Source: a virus. Taken from it: a DNA stretch of 64,000 nucleotides. The stretch covers positions 1-64,000 of the IMG/VR virus record IMGVR_UViG_3300030108_004141, one strand, 5' to 3'. Shown here piece by piece: positions 30,000 through 39,391 of this stretch (positions within the stretch are counted from its first letter, which is position 1; each line of letters opens with the position of its first letter). The notes under the pieces were generated by a model. That model was not told the DNA's origin. It was given only the letters and a program-made list of their open reading frames with translations, and searched no databases. The translations under genes were made by a program, and so were the position numbers.

Positions 30000-31184
30000 A
30001 TGGAACTCGACGAAAAACAACAGTTTTTAGTGAAGGCTCTTAAAGATTGCCATGGCACCGAAAATATCAAAAACAAACAGGTCATTGACCTTGCTGCCGA
30101 ACTTGGTATGGAGCGTCCCAACTGGTTCTTTGATAATTATGGAGTCAAAACTGCCAGAGGTGTTTGGAGTTTACCCGACACTGGTAATTCTGTAGATATG
30201 GCAGCCCAAATTATTCCCATCCGTGAGGAGAAAACGGTGCAGTCAAGGTTCGACCCAAACACCGTCTCTGAGTTCGAGTATGCTCAGGTTCCTGATAAAG
30301 ATTCATCGTATGTCCCATTCGGTGAGTTCAAGGACATTGAAAGTATTATTCGCTCTCAGCAGTTCTTTCCGATATTCATTTCAGGATTATCGGGGAATGG
30401 TAAGACGTTCATGGTCGAACAGGCTTGCTCTCGAGCGAAGCGTCCGATGGTTCGCGTTCAAATGTCTCGTGAAACTGACGAGGATGATTTGATCGGCGGC
30501 TTCCGTTTGGTGAACGGTGAAACCAAGTTCATGAAGGGTCCAGTCCTTCGTGCGATGGAACTTGGTGCTGTGCTTCTGATCGATGAGGCAGATCGTGCTG
30601 ACCCTGGAAAAGTCATGTGCTTGCAGGGTGTGCTCGAGGGCAAGCCATATTATGCTAAGAAAACAGGCGAGGTGGTCAAACCTGCTCCTGGTTTCAATGT
30701 GATCGTAACTGCTAACACCAAGGGCAAAGGCTCCGATGATGGTCGCTATATTTCAGCAACCATTCTCGACGAAGCATGGCTCGAGCGGTTCCCGATTACT
30801 GTCGAGCAAAACTTTCCTTCGGAAGCTATCGAAAAACGTATCCTCAGGAAGCATGATATTGATGAGGAGTTCATCAATCATCTCGTAATGTGGGCTGCTG
30901 TTATTCGCAAGACCTTCTTCGAAGGTGCTATTGACGAGATCATCTCGACTCGTCGTTTGGTTCACATTGCTAAAACATTCAAGATCTTTAATGATCGTGA
31001 GCGTGCTATCACTTTGTGTGTCAACCGCTATGATGAGGAAACTAAGACTGCTTTCCTCGACTTATATGCCAAAGTTGATCCTTCCTTATCTCCGGAAGAA
31101 ACTTTGGATCCCGAGACTCTCCCAAACCCTCTTCGTGAAGGTTTAGAGAGTGAAGCCCAGGACGGTGAAGAGATTCCGTTCTGA
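30000..31184 (+). CDS. MoxR-type AAA+ ATPase (phage CobS-like)
   Basis: GLSGNGKT, LIDEAD, TANTKGKG, ISTRRL; alternative in-frame start at 29970. Confidence 0.9.
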   Translation: MELDEKQQFLVKALKDCHGTENIKNKQVIDLAAELGMERPNWFFDNYGVKTARGVWSLPDTGNSVDMAAQIIPIREEKTVQSRFDPNTVSEFEYAQVPDKDSSYVPFGEFKDIESIIRSQQFFPIFISGLSGNGKTFMVEQACSRAKRPMVRVQMSRETDEDDLIGGFRLVNGETKFMKGPVLRAMELGAVLLIDEADRADPGKVMCLQGVLEGKPYYAKKTGEVVKPAPGFNVIVTANTKGKGSDDGRYISATILDEAWLERFPITVEQNFPSEAIEKRILRKHDIDEEFINHLVMWAAVIRKTFFEGAIDEIISTRRLVHIAKTFKIFNDRERAITLCVNRYDEETKTAFLDLYAKVDPSLSPEETLDPETLPNPLREGLESEAQDGEEIPF

Positions 31185-31211
31185 TTTCGTTAACTGTAGA
31201 AGGTGACTAAT

Positions 31212-31460
31212 ATGTCAAAGACCGATCGTATCCTTGAAGCCCTGATGGGTGGGGAAGAACTTACTGCTAAACAGATGAAGGCTCGCTTCTCTGTAGGCAA
31301 TCCCGCTGAAGTTGTTCGGCAGCTTCGGTTCAAGGGTTTCGCTGTTTACACGAATCCTCGTACGAACAGCAAGGGTAAGACGAAGAACTTCTATCGTCTT
31401 GGCACACCCAGCCGCGCAGTTGTAGCTGCTGGCTATCGTGCACTTGCTCAGGCAGCTTAA
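31212..31460 (+). CDS. small helix-turn-helix DNA-binding protein
   Basis: ELTAKQMKARFSVGNPAEVVRQLRFKG...YRLGTP. Confidence 0.7.
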   Translation: MSKTDRILEALMGGEELTAKQMKARFSVGNPAEVVRQLRFKGFAVYTNPRTNSKGKTKNFYRLGTPSRAVVAAGYRALAQAA

Positions 31461-31490
31461 CACTGAGCATTCTATCTCTCCTCTCTACTC

Positions 31491-31523
31491 GGTCGGGGAA
31501 TTTATTTCCCCGACCACTCTTTC
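31491..31523 (+). terminator. hairpin terminator
   Basis: GGTCGGGGAA-tttat-TTCCCCGACC, weak U tract. Confidence 0.7.
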
Positions 31524-31554
31524 CCTTTACAAAAGTGGAACTATATAGTAGAGT
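31522..31554 (+). promoter_or_regulatory. sigma70-type promoter, TCCM family
   Basis: TCCC TTTACA-N17-TAGAGT. Confidence 0.6.
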
Positions 31555-31581
31555 GAGTGAGTTGTTTAATATGGAGGGAAT

Positions 31582-32445
31582 ATGGCAATCCAAGTTGATG
31601 TAAGTATCGAAGATCTAAGAAGAAGAAAGATCTTTGTAGCCACACCGATGTATGGTGGTGTGTGCGGTGGGCAGTTTTGTAAGTCTATCGCTGACCTAAT
31701 GTCTCTCGCGAGTCAATATGGTGTCCATGTAAATCTTTTCTTTTTATACAACGAAAGTTTAATCACACGAGCAAGGAACTATCTTGTCGATGAGTTTTTG
31801 CGTAGTGATTGCACCCATTTAATGTTTATTGATTCAGATATCGGGTTTGATCCTAATGATGTAATTGCCCTAACTGTTATGTCTGGTTTTGAGGGTGAAG
31901 AAAACGATCGTGAGATAGTTTGTGGTCCATATCCTAAGAAGTGTATCTCTTGGGAAAAAATTAAACGTGCTGTTGATAAAGGGTTCGCGGATGAAAATCC
32001 TAACAAGCTAGAAAAATATGTGGGTGATTATGTTTTTAATCCAGTCGGTGGCACTACTGAGATTCGCCTCGATGAACCTGTTGAAGTGTTAGAGGGTGGC
32101 ACTGGTTTTATGTGTGTTCGGCGTAGTGCCTTTGAAAAATTTGAAAAAGCATATCCTGAGTATCACTATCTCCCAGATCACGCTCGCACTAAAAACTTCG
32201 ATGGATCTCGCGAAATCATGATGTACTTTCAGGCTCTGATTGATCCAGATTCTAAAAGGTATCTTTCAGAGGATTATATGTTTTGTCAGTGGGCACGCAA
32301 AATAGGTATCAATGTATGGATGTGCCCATGGATGAAACTCGAACACACTGGCACTTATGTGTTCGGTGGCTCACTAGTCGATCTTGCTCAAATCGGTGCA
32401 ACTGCTACGGTTGATCAGAGCATGGTTGGTAAAGAACTTGGATAA
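31582..32445 (+). CDS. GT-A fold glycosyltransferase-like protein
   Basis: VATPMYGG, ESLITRARN, FIDSDI (DxD), LSEDY. Confidence 0.7.
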   Translation: MAIQVDVSIEDLRRRKIFVATPMYGGVCGGQFCKSIADLMSLASQYGVHVNLFFLYNESLITRARNYLVDEFLRSDCTHLMFIDSDIGFDPNDVIALTVMSGFEGEENDREIVCGPYPKKCISWEKIKRAVDKGFADENPNKLEKYVGDYVFNPVGGTTEIRLDEPVEVLEGGTGFMCVRRSAFEKFEKAYPEYHYLPDHARTKNFDGSREIMMYFQALIDPDSKRYLSEDYMFCQWARKIGINVWMCPWMKLEHTGTYVFGGSLVDLAQIGATATVDQSMVGKELG

Positions 32446-32458
32446 GGAGAAATATATT

Positions 32459-33127
32459 ATGAAACTTTCTAGTGAAACGAGTGAGGTTCTTAAAAACTTC
32501 GCTTCTATCAATATGTCCTTGATGTTCAAGGAGGGTAAAACTTTGCGAACCGTTTCACCGCAAAAGAGTGTTCTCGCTCAGGTGAATGTTGCTGAAGAGT
32601 TTCCTCAGCAGTTTGCTATCTTTGATATGAATCAGTTCCTCGCAACATTTTCAGCGTTTGAGGATCCTGATATCAACTTCAATGAAAAGAGTTTATCTAT
32701 CAGCAATGGCTCAGGTGGCACTGCACATCTGACATATGCTGCTCCGGAAAACATTATCGCCCCACCCGATAAGGATATCACTCTTCCTTCGGTTGAGGTT
32801 TCTATGAAGATTGAAGAGAAGGCTATGTCTAGCGCATTGAAGATGGCTGGTATCCTAGATCTTCCTGAAGTTGCCTTGGTAGGTCGCGACGGTGTTGCGT
32901 ATCTAACTGCTGTCGACTCTCGTAACCAAGGCTCTAATAGGTTTGAGATGCCTGTCGGCGATACCTCTAACAAGTTTATGATGATTTTCAAAGTTGAAAA
33001 TTTAAAGATTCTTCCTCGGGATTACAATGTAGATATCTCCGCTAAAGGCATCTCACACTGGAAAACTGAGGATGGTGATATTCAGTACTGGATTGCGACG
33101 GAGACTTCCTCTAAATTTGAATCCTAA
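32459..33127 (+). CDS. gp45: sliding clamp gp45
   Basis: LKNFASIN, FAIFDMNQFL, ENLKILP, YWIA. Confidence 0.94.
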   Translation: MKLSSETSEVLKNFASINMSLMFKEGKTLRTVSPQKSVLAQVNVAEEFPQQFAIFDMNQFLATFSAFEDPDINFNEKSLSISNGSGGTAHLTYAAPENIIAPPDKDITLPSVEVSMKIEEKAMSSALKMAGILDLPEVALVGRDGVAYLTAVDSRNQGSNRFEMPVGDTSNKFMMIFKVENLKILPRDYNVDISAKGISHWKTEDGDIQYWIATETSSKFES

Positions 33128-33153
33128 TCTGAAACTTTATATTATGGTGATTT

Positions 33154-34098
33154 GTGATGCGTGAAGATTTTCTCTGGGTTGAGAAATATCGTCCGAGTAA
33201 AATTTCTGATTGTGTTCTTCCTAAAAGTTTGAAAGATACATTTCAGAAGTTCGTTGATGATAAAGAGGTGCCCAACCTTCTCCTCTCTGGTGGGGCTGGT
33301 ATCGGTAAAACAACTGTGGCTCGTGCTATGCTTGATGAGCTTGATGCCGACTCTATAATTATCAACGGTTCGATGAATGGTAATATTGATACACTGAGAC
33401 ACGATATTCGTAACTTTGCTGGTACAGTATCGTTTACACAGGGTAGAAAATATGTGATTCTCGACGAGGCTGATTATCTCAATCCTAACTCGACCCAGCC
33501 AGCTCTCCGAAATTTTATGGAGGAGTTTTCTAATAACTGTGGCTTCGTTCTGACCTGCAACTTTAAAAATCGCATTATCTCTCCTCTACATTCGCGATGT
33601 TCGGTTGTTGATTTTAAAATCACAGGGAAAGAAAAAGCCAAGCTGGCTGGGACTTTTTTAGAGCGTGCTTGTTGGATCTTAGATCAAGAGGGTGTAGCAT
33701 ACGATAAGAAAGTGGTTGCTGAAGTTCTGATGAAGTATTTCCCAGACTGGCGTCGTGTGCTGAACGAACTTCAGCGATATGGTGCTACAGGCAATATCGA
33801 TTCTGGTATCCTCGCTCATGTCAGTGATTTAGATATCACAGGTTTGGTCGATGCCCTGCGTAATAAAGATTTCAAAACTATGCGCAAGTGGGTCGGTACA
33901 AACAGTGAGCAGGATGTCAATGTTCTTTTTCGGAAGCTATATGACACCGCTCATGACTTCCTAGAAAAAGGTAGCATTCCTCAACTCGTTCTTATCCTCG
34001 CCGACTATCAATACAAGTCTGCGTTTGTTGTGGATCAAGAGATAAATCTGGCAGCGTGCTTCACGCAAATTATGGTAGATTGTGAGTTTACTAAATGA
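33154..34098 (+). CDS. gp44: clamp loader large subunit gp44
   Basis: LWVEKYRP, GIGKTT, LDEADYL, LHSRC. Confidence 0.96.
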   Translation: MMREDFLWVEKYRPSKISDCVLPKSLKDTFQKFVDDKEVPNLLLSGGAGIGKTTVARAMLDELDADSIIINGSMNGNIDTLRHDIRNFAGTVSFTQGRKYVILDEADYLNPNSTQPALRNFMEEFSNNCGFVLTCNFKNRIISPLHSRCSVVDFKITGKEKAKLAGTFLERACWILDQEGVAYDKKVVAEVLMKYFPDWRRVLNELQRYGATGNIDSGILAHVSDLDITGLVDALRNKDFKTMRKWVGTNSEQDVNVLFRKLYDTAHDFLEKGSIPQLVLILADYQYKSAFVVDQEINLAACFTQIMVDCEFTK

Positions 34099-34421
34099 TA
34101 AGCATAGATGATATTGGTGGTGAGATCGTAAAGTGTGATGAACGATACGTTGTTAAGGATAACGGTGAACTCAGCAACCTCGTTCTCAGTAGCACAGATT
34201 TGAAACCTAACAAAAGTACAACTGGTCACAAGCATCCTGGTCAAGAGGAAATATATCAGTTCGTTAAAGGCGATGGTGTCATAGAGTTAGATGATAAGAA
34301 TCTTGTAGTGAAAGCAGGTGATATTGTTCTAATACATGACGGTGTCTTTCATCGCGTTCATGCTGGTGAAAATGGTTGTTATTTCGTATGTGTGTTTGAT
34401 GGGAGTAGGAGTCACAAATGA
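34095..34421 (+). CDS. cupin domain protein
   Basis: GHKHPGQEEIY...G.G...FHRV. Confidence 0.85.
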   Translation: MISIDDIGGEIVKCDERYVVKDNGELSNLVLSSTDLKPNKSTTGHKHPGQEEIYQFVKGDGVIELDDKNLVVKAGDIVLIHDGVFHRVHAGENGCYFVCVFDGSRSHK

Positions 34422-34819
34422 AGGTGGGATTTACAGCGAGTTCTTTTGATCTGCTACATGCTGGGCATATTCTTATGCTCAAAGAGGCGAAACATGTTTG
34501 TGACCATTTGATCTGTGGTCTACAAACAGATCCGACCATTGATCGCCCTGAAAAAAATAAACCAGTTCAGGGTTACATGGAAAGATATATACAGTTGTCA
34601 GCAGTAAAGTACGTCGATGAAATTATACCATACGCAACTGAGGCTGAGTTACTTTCTCTCATGCAGCATTTACCGATAGATGTCAGAATCATCGGTGAGG
34701 ATTACATGGGAAAAAACTTTACTGGTAAAGATTTAGATATCCCATTGTATTTCAATAAGCGTCGTCACGATTGGAGTACTTCAGGGTTGAGGCAAAGAGT
34801 GTGTGATGAAACCATTTGA
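34418..34819 (+). CDS. cytidylyltransferase (TagD-like)
   Basis: FDLLHAGH, RIIGEDY, STSGLR. Confidence 0.88.
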   Translation: MKVGFTASSFDLLHAGHILMLKEAKHVCDHLICGLQTDPTIDRPEKNKPVQGYMERYIQLSAVKYVDEIIPYATEAELLSLMQHLPIDVRIIGEDYMGKNFTGKDLDIPLYFNKRRHDWSTSGLRQRVCDETI

Positions 34820-35207
34820 TTATGTGAGTGCTGTTACATATTCTAAGAAGGATATGATGCGTGACACAGACAACGATGAGTTAGCTGAAAAGTCATACGA
34901 GCCATTCCTGACTAACCGTGCTCTTTCGTATCACATTGATTGTGTGCCATATGCGAATGAGATGAACCGTTATCCCGATCTCGATAAACTATTACAATTC
35001 GACTTTTTTATAAATACCCTCAGACCAATGAAGCGTTTTGCTAAATGGGTAAAGCCTGTACAAAATGAAGACTTGGAAGCTGTGATGGAATATTATAGTT
35101 ACAGTCGAGTGAAAGCCGAAACTGCCCTCTCAGTTCTCACTCAGGATCAAATTGAACTGATAAAAGAGAAATTGATAAAGGGTGGACGAGATGGTAAATT
35201 TAGATGA
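34806..35207 (+). CDS. gp62: clamp loader small subunit gp62
   Basis: YEPFLTNRALS, ANEMN, KRFAKW, EYYSYS. Confidence 0.93.
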   Translation: MKPFDYVSAVTYSKKDMMRDTDNDELAEKSYEPFLTNRALSYHIDCVPYANEMNRYPDLDKLLQFDFFINTLRPMKRFAKWVKPVQNEDLEAVMEYYSYSRVKAETALSVLTQDQIELIKEKLIKGGRDGKFR

Positions 35208-35589
35208 AATGGTTGAGGTGGCTTTAAAACAGGATGAAGACTTTCTCAAAGTCAGAGAAACTCTCACTCGTATAGGTATTGCTTCTCGAAGAGATAGGAA
35301 GCTATATCAGTCTTGTCATATCTTACATAAACAAAAAAGATATTTCATAGTGCACTTCAAAGAGCTGTTCGCACTTGATGGGAAACCATCGAACTTTTCT
35401 GAGGAGGATGAGGCTCGAAGAAACACTATAGCGAACTTGCTAGACCAGTGGGGATTGGTGACGCTGTTGAATCGTGATTTGGTTGAGAGCAATTTAGCAC
35501 CCATATCACACGTGAAGATTCTTTCTCACAAAGAGAAAGATGAGTGGATTTTAGAATCCAAATATAACATTGGCAAAAAGAGAGAGTAG
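35191..35589 (+). CDS. regA: translational repressor RegA
   Basis: DFLKVRETLTRIGIA, LYQSCHILHK, HFKELFALDG. Confidence 0.96.
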   Translation: MVNLDEMVEVALKQDEDFLKVRETLTRIGIASRRDRKLYQSCHILHKQKRYFIVHFKELFALDGKPSNFSEEDEARRNTIANLLDQWGLVTLLNRDLVESNLAPISHVKILSHKEKDEWILESKYNIGKKRE

Positions 35590-35590
35590 C

Positions 35591-35989
35591 ATGGGATATT
35601 TTCGTGATAGGACTAACTTCGATAAAGTTCGCATCTTTATGGAAGCATTCGGACAAGAGGTAAAATTAAAACCAGAGTTCCCTGACCCAGAAACTAGAAA
35701 AATGCGCATTGATCTGATTGAGGAAGAACTCGAAGAACTAAAAGATGCGTGCTTCAATAAAGATATGGTTGAAGTTGCCGACGCTCTCACAGACTTGCTT
35801 TATGTTGTGTATGGGGCTGGTCATGCTTTCGGAATAGACTTAGACGATTCATTCCGCGAAGTTCATGTTAGCAACATGAGTAAACTCGGCGAAGATGGTA
35901 AACCTATCTATCGCGAAGATGGTAAGGTCATGAAGGGTCCAAAATTTAAACCACCTGCGTTGCAAGAAGTTTTGGATAAATATCAGTGA
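35591..35989 (+). CDS. MazG/PRA-PH-like NTP pyrophosphohydrolase
   Basis: EELEEL, DALTDLLYV, EVHVSNMSK. Confidence 0.85.
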   Translation: MGYFRDRTNFDKVRIFMEAFGQEVKLKPEFPDPETRKMRIDLIEEELEELKDACFNKDMVEVADALTDLLYVVYGAGHAFGIDLDDSFREVHVSNMSKLGEDGKPIYREDGKVMKGPKFKPPALQEVLDKYQ

Positions 35990-35992
35990 TAA

Positions 35993-36025
35993 TCCCTTTT
36001 ATTGAGCATAAGAATACTATATAAT
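35993..36025 (+). promoter_or_regulatory. promoter of hsp20, TCCM family
   Basis: TCCC TTTTAT-N17-TATAAT (CTATATAAT). Confidence 0.65.
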
Positions 36026-36026
36026 G

Positions 36027-36085
36027 TATGTGTGATGCCTAATGGATCACACGTAACATTCTTGCTTAAATAGGAGGATAACATG
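36027..36085 (+). promoter_or_regulatory. ROSE-like RNA thermometer leader
   Basis: 5' hairpin, then UUCUU-G-CU paired with AG-GAGGA (SD) with a bulged G. Confidence 0.6.
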
Positions 36086-36604
36086 GTTATCAATACAAAT
36101 GCACTTTCACCCTTTGACATTAATCGTCTCACTCCATATGCGGTCGGCTTTGATCGAGTGTTCGATCGACTCTGCGATTATGCCCAACACCAAACTCAAT
36201 CGACAGGGTTCCCACCTTACAACATTCGAAAAGTTGATGAGTATAATTTCTCAATAGACCTTGCTGTAGCTGGACTTTCCGAAAAAGATTTGGAAGTTGA
36301 GGTTTCAGATGGAGTGATTACAGTTCGCTCTACTTATGAAGGTATCGACGTAGAGGGTGCAGGTTCATTCCTACATAAGGGAATGTCGTTCAAGAAGTTC
36401 ACCCGCAAGTTTACTATTGCGGATGATATCATAGTTAAGGGTGCCGAAATGAAAAACGGTATGCTGACTATCGATCTTGAGCGAGTCATACCAGAAGAAA
36501 AGAAGCCACGTATCGTTCCCATAAATGGTAAAGCCGATGTCGGCGAAAACAAAAGCGATGCAGAATTTCTAGCTGAAAAGAAAGAAGATGAGCTTAATTT
36601 CTAA
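36083..36604 (+). CDS. small heat shock protein Hsp20
   Basis: GFPPYNIRK, LAVAG, FLHKG, NGMLTIDLERVIPEEKKPR. Confidence 0.95.
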   Translation: MVINTNALSPFDINRLTPYAVGFDRVFDRLCDYAQHQTQSTGFPPYNIRKVDEYNFSIDLAVAGLSEKDLEVEVSDGVITVRSTYEGIDVEGAGSFLHKGMSFKKFTRKFTIADDIIVKGAEMKNGMLTIDLERVIPEEKKPRIVPINGKADVGENKSDAEFLAEKKEDELNF

Positions 36605-36618
36605 CTGAGTAACAAGGG

Positions 36619-36645
36619 TGGGGGGACATAAGGTCCCCCCATTTA
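36619..36645 (+). terminator. hairpin terminator
   Basis: TGGGGGGAC-ataag-GTCCCCCCA-TTT. Confidence 0.75.
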
Positions 36646-36664
36646 CTTCAATGGGAGCACATAA

Positions 36665-37108
36665 ATGGACATACAAAAACTTAGAAAACAGCTCGAAATT
36701 GATGAAGGAGTTGTGCACGAAATATACAACGACCATCTTGGTTATCCTACTTTTGGGATTGGCCATCTTATTACCGAAGACGATCCCGAACACGGTTCCC
36801 CCATCGGGACAGAAGTGGAAAACGATCGAGTCATTGAAGCCTTCGACAAAGATGTCCAGAGCGTATTGTCAGACTGCTCCATCCTTTATCCAAACTTCGA
36901 AAGTTTGCCAGAAGAAGCTCAACAAATAATCGCAAATATGATGTTCAATCTTGGTCGCCCTAGACTTTCTAAGTTCAGAGGAATGAAGGCTGGTGTAGAC
37001 GATCAAAACTGGCAAAGAGCTGCTGATGAAATGGTCGACTCGCGTTGGTATCGCCAAGTCGGTGCTCGCGCCGAAAGATTAGTGGAGCGGATGCGTGCCA
37101 TCGGCTAA
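36665..37108 (+). CDS. T4-type lysozyme (GH24)
   Basis: DEG...YNDHLGYPTFGIGH, NMMFNLG, SRWYRQVGARAERL. Confidence 0.9.
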   Translation: MDIQKLRKQLEIDEGVVHEIYNDHLGYPTFGIGHLITEDDPEHGSPIGTEVENDRVIEAFDKDVQSVLSDCSILYPNFESLPEEAQQIIANMMFNLGRPRLSKFRGMKAGVDDQNWQRAADEMVDSRWYRQVGARAERLVERMRAIG

Positions 37109-37274
37109 CACAGTATCGGGTCCAGTTCAGTTTCTCGATCCAGATTGGCGCTGTTGGGAATATGATGGCGACGGAACTAAGATATATAAAGTGACTGAGG
37201 GTTATAATAAGAAAACTCCATACACTAAAAAACATTATTACAGTGTACATTTTTGGAAAGGAAGAGCAGGATAA
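37095..37274 (+). CDS. small hypothetical protein (59 aa; not in the ORF track)
   Basis: GTG start with GGAG RBS; ...DWRCWEYDGDGTKIYK...HYYSVHFWKGRAG*; fills the gap. Confidence 0.6.
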   Translation: MPSANTVSGPVQFLDPDWRCWEYDGDGTKIYKVTEGYNKKTPYTKKHYYSVHFWKGRAG

Positions 37275-37280
37275 TTGAGC

Positions 37281-37616
37281 ATGAAACTTGTGCTTCAGAT
37301 TATGACGATGCCCAGCGACTGTAATCCGCAGGGTAAAATATTCGGTGGATTTATTATGAGTAAGATGGACCAAGCAGCAGGAACTATCTGTAAATCTTAT
37401 GATTATGTCACGAAAGCTGCAACCGATATTATATTTCACGCACCAGTTGAGGTTGGCGATATCGTTCAATGTTATGCAGAAATAGAAAAGTCGGGTAGAA
37501 CATCCCATAAAATAAAAGTTGACGTGCATGTCGATGACGAGTTTCACACCAAAGTTTGTGAGGGTGTGTACACGATGGTGCGCACCGATCCACGAGGTCG
37601 ACCAGTTCCGCATTAA
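37281..37616 (+). CDS. hotdog-fold acyl-CoA thioesterase (YciA-like)
   Basis: DCNPQGKIFGGFIMSKMDQAA, PVEVGD, GRTS. Confidence 0.85.
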   Translation: MKLVLQIMTMPSDCNPQGKIFGGFIMSKMDQAAGTICKSYDYVTKAATDIIFHAPVEVGDIVQCYAEIEKSGRTSHKIKVDVHVDDEFHTKVCEGVYTMVRTDPRGRPVPH

Positions 37617-37703
37617 ATTATTACGATTCGGGGTCATTTTAAAAACAGTCACTATATAATGGCAACGACATCCGGTCGTTCGCTCAAATGGAGGAATCCC
37701 ATA

Positions 37704-38711
37704 ATGAAAAAACTGTTAATCATCGCTTCAGCAGCATTACTCGTTTCTGGAGTAGCACAAGCACGTGATCAGATTCGTGTAGTTGGTTCTTCAACTGTAT
37801 ACCCATTCACAACTGTTGTTGCCGAATTGTTCGGTAATATTAAAGGAAAGACTCCGATCATTGAATCAACTGGAACAGGTGGTGGATTCAAGTTGTTTTG
37901 TTCCGGCATTGGTGATAAATATGCAGACTTTAATAATGCATCCCGTGCAATGAAGAAGAGTGAAGTTAAAAAATGCGCGAAGAATGGTATCACTGCAACT
38001 GAAATCAAAGTTGGTTATGATGGGATCGTTCTTGCGAATAGTAAACAATCAAAACGAATGGAAATATCTCTCAAAGAAATATTTCTTGCACTCGCAGCAA
38101 AAATACCTCAAGATGGTAAACTCGTATCAAACCCATATACACATTGGAATCAAATCAATCCTAAACTTCCAAACACAAAGATCCGTGTTCTTGGACCACC
38201 CCCAACATCTGGAACTCGTGATGCATTTGTCGAGTTAGCTATGGAAGGTGGTGCTAAAAAGTTTGGTTGGTTGAAAGATCTTCGTAAGAAAGATAAAAAG
38301 AAGTTCAAAGCTATCGCCCATACCATTCGTGAGGATGGTGCGTATGTAGAAGCTGGAGAAAATGACAACCTGATCATTAAAAAACTTGACTCAGATCCAA
38401 GTTCATTCGGAGTTTTTGGATTTTCTTTCCTAGATCAAAACTTAGATAAGTTACAAGGTTCTGTGATACAGGGTGTTACACCAACTTTTGATAGCATTGC
38501 GGATGGTTCTTATAAGGTATCTCGCCCTCTGTTCATTTATGCTAAAGATCAGCATATGGGTAAGGTTCCAGGCATGAAAGATTTCATAAAACTTTACATC
38601 AGCGAACAAATGACTGGCGAAGAAGGTCGATTAGCAGATGGTGGGTTGATCCCACTTCCTGCTCGTGAAAAAGCTGAACTTGTCAAAAAACTGTTTGCCG
38701 CACTTCAATAA
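37704..38711 (+). CDS. pstS: phosphate ABC transporter substrate-binding protein
   Basis: Signal peptide, VGSSTVYP, STGTGGG, TSGTRDAF, SRPLFIY. Confidence 0.95.
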   Translation: MKKLLIIASAALLVSGVAQARDQIRVVGSSTVYPFTTVVAELFGNIKGKTPIIESTGTGGGFKLFCSGIGDKYADFNNASRAMKKSEVKKCAKNGITATEIKVGYDGIVLANSKQSKRMEISLKEIFLALAAKIPQDGKLVSNPYTHWNQINPKLPNTKIRVLGPPPTSGTRDAFVELAMEGGAKKFGWLKDLRKKDKKKFKAIAHTIREDGAYVEAGENDNLIIKKLDSDPSSFGVFGFSFLDQNLDKLQGSVIQGVTPTFDSIADGSYKVSRPLFIYAKDQHMGKVPGMKDFIKLYISEQMTGEEGRLADGGLIPLPAREKAELVKKLFAALQ

Positions 38712-38719
38712 ATAAGTAC

Positions 38720-39391
38720 ATGGTAGAAGAAGACTTTCAAGCATGGCAAATATACCCAGAACACAGGTGGGTGTTCAACAAGCTGGAACTGGCGTTGCGT
38801 CTCGGATACGACGCTGGTCCAGCTTGTGTCCCAATAACGAGGTCGGGCAAGTATGTGGTTCGTCCGATTTACAATCTGTATGGCATGGGCATTGGTGCCA
38901 AAGTCATACACATAAACATAATGCAATCAAAGAGTATGGAAAATCATGCTCTTATTCCCCCTGGATATTTTTGGTGTGAGTTCTTTGATGGCGACCAATA
39001 CAGTGTCGATTACAAAAGAACGAGGCAACCAAAGGGATCACGGTGGGCTTGGGAAGAAGTCGATACAGCAAGAGGCGAGCGTGATATCGATAATCTTACT
39101 AGGTTCAAATTGTGGGAAAAATGTGAAAACAGAAGAATCTTTTTACCAAACTTTCTCAACAACATTGATGGTGTTCCCGACTTGAATGTAGAATGGATTG
39201 GTGATAAAGTTGTCGAAGTTCATCTAAGAACTGGCAACGATGTTTTTTGGGGGAAGGATGAAGGAGCGAAGGTGATACCTATTTGGGAGGGTGATAATAT
39301 TGAACCAGATATACTGAACATAGCGCAAAACAAAATCGATGCTTCAGGATATCTTAAGGATGTGAGGACTGGCTACAAACTTGTGGATTAA
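38720..39391 (+). CDS. hypothetical protein, ATP-grasp-like motifs
   Basis: VVRPIYNLYGMG, CEFFDG..YSVD, NVE..G...EVHLR. Confidence 0.55.
   Translation: MVEEDFQAWQIYPEHRWVFNKLELALRLGYDAGPACVPITRSGKYVVRPIYNLYGMGIGAKVIHINIMQSKSMENHALIPPGYFWCEFFDGDQYSVDYKRTRQPKGSRWAWEEVDTARGERDIDNLTRFKLWEKCENRRIFLPNFLNNIDGVPDLNVEWIGDKVVEVHLRTGNDVFWGKDEGAKVIPIWEGDNIEPDILNIAQNKIDASGYLKDVRTGYKLVD

Noticed and set aside
27771-31184. Cobalamin biosynthesis (cobS/cobT)
   Set aside because: No CobN or other cob genes; a generic MoxR-VWA pair is the better explanation
37628-37660. Possible Pho box upstream of pstS (GTCAT...GTCAC)
   Set aside because: Repeats are 15 nt apart rather than 11 and are misplaced relative to the -10 box
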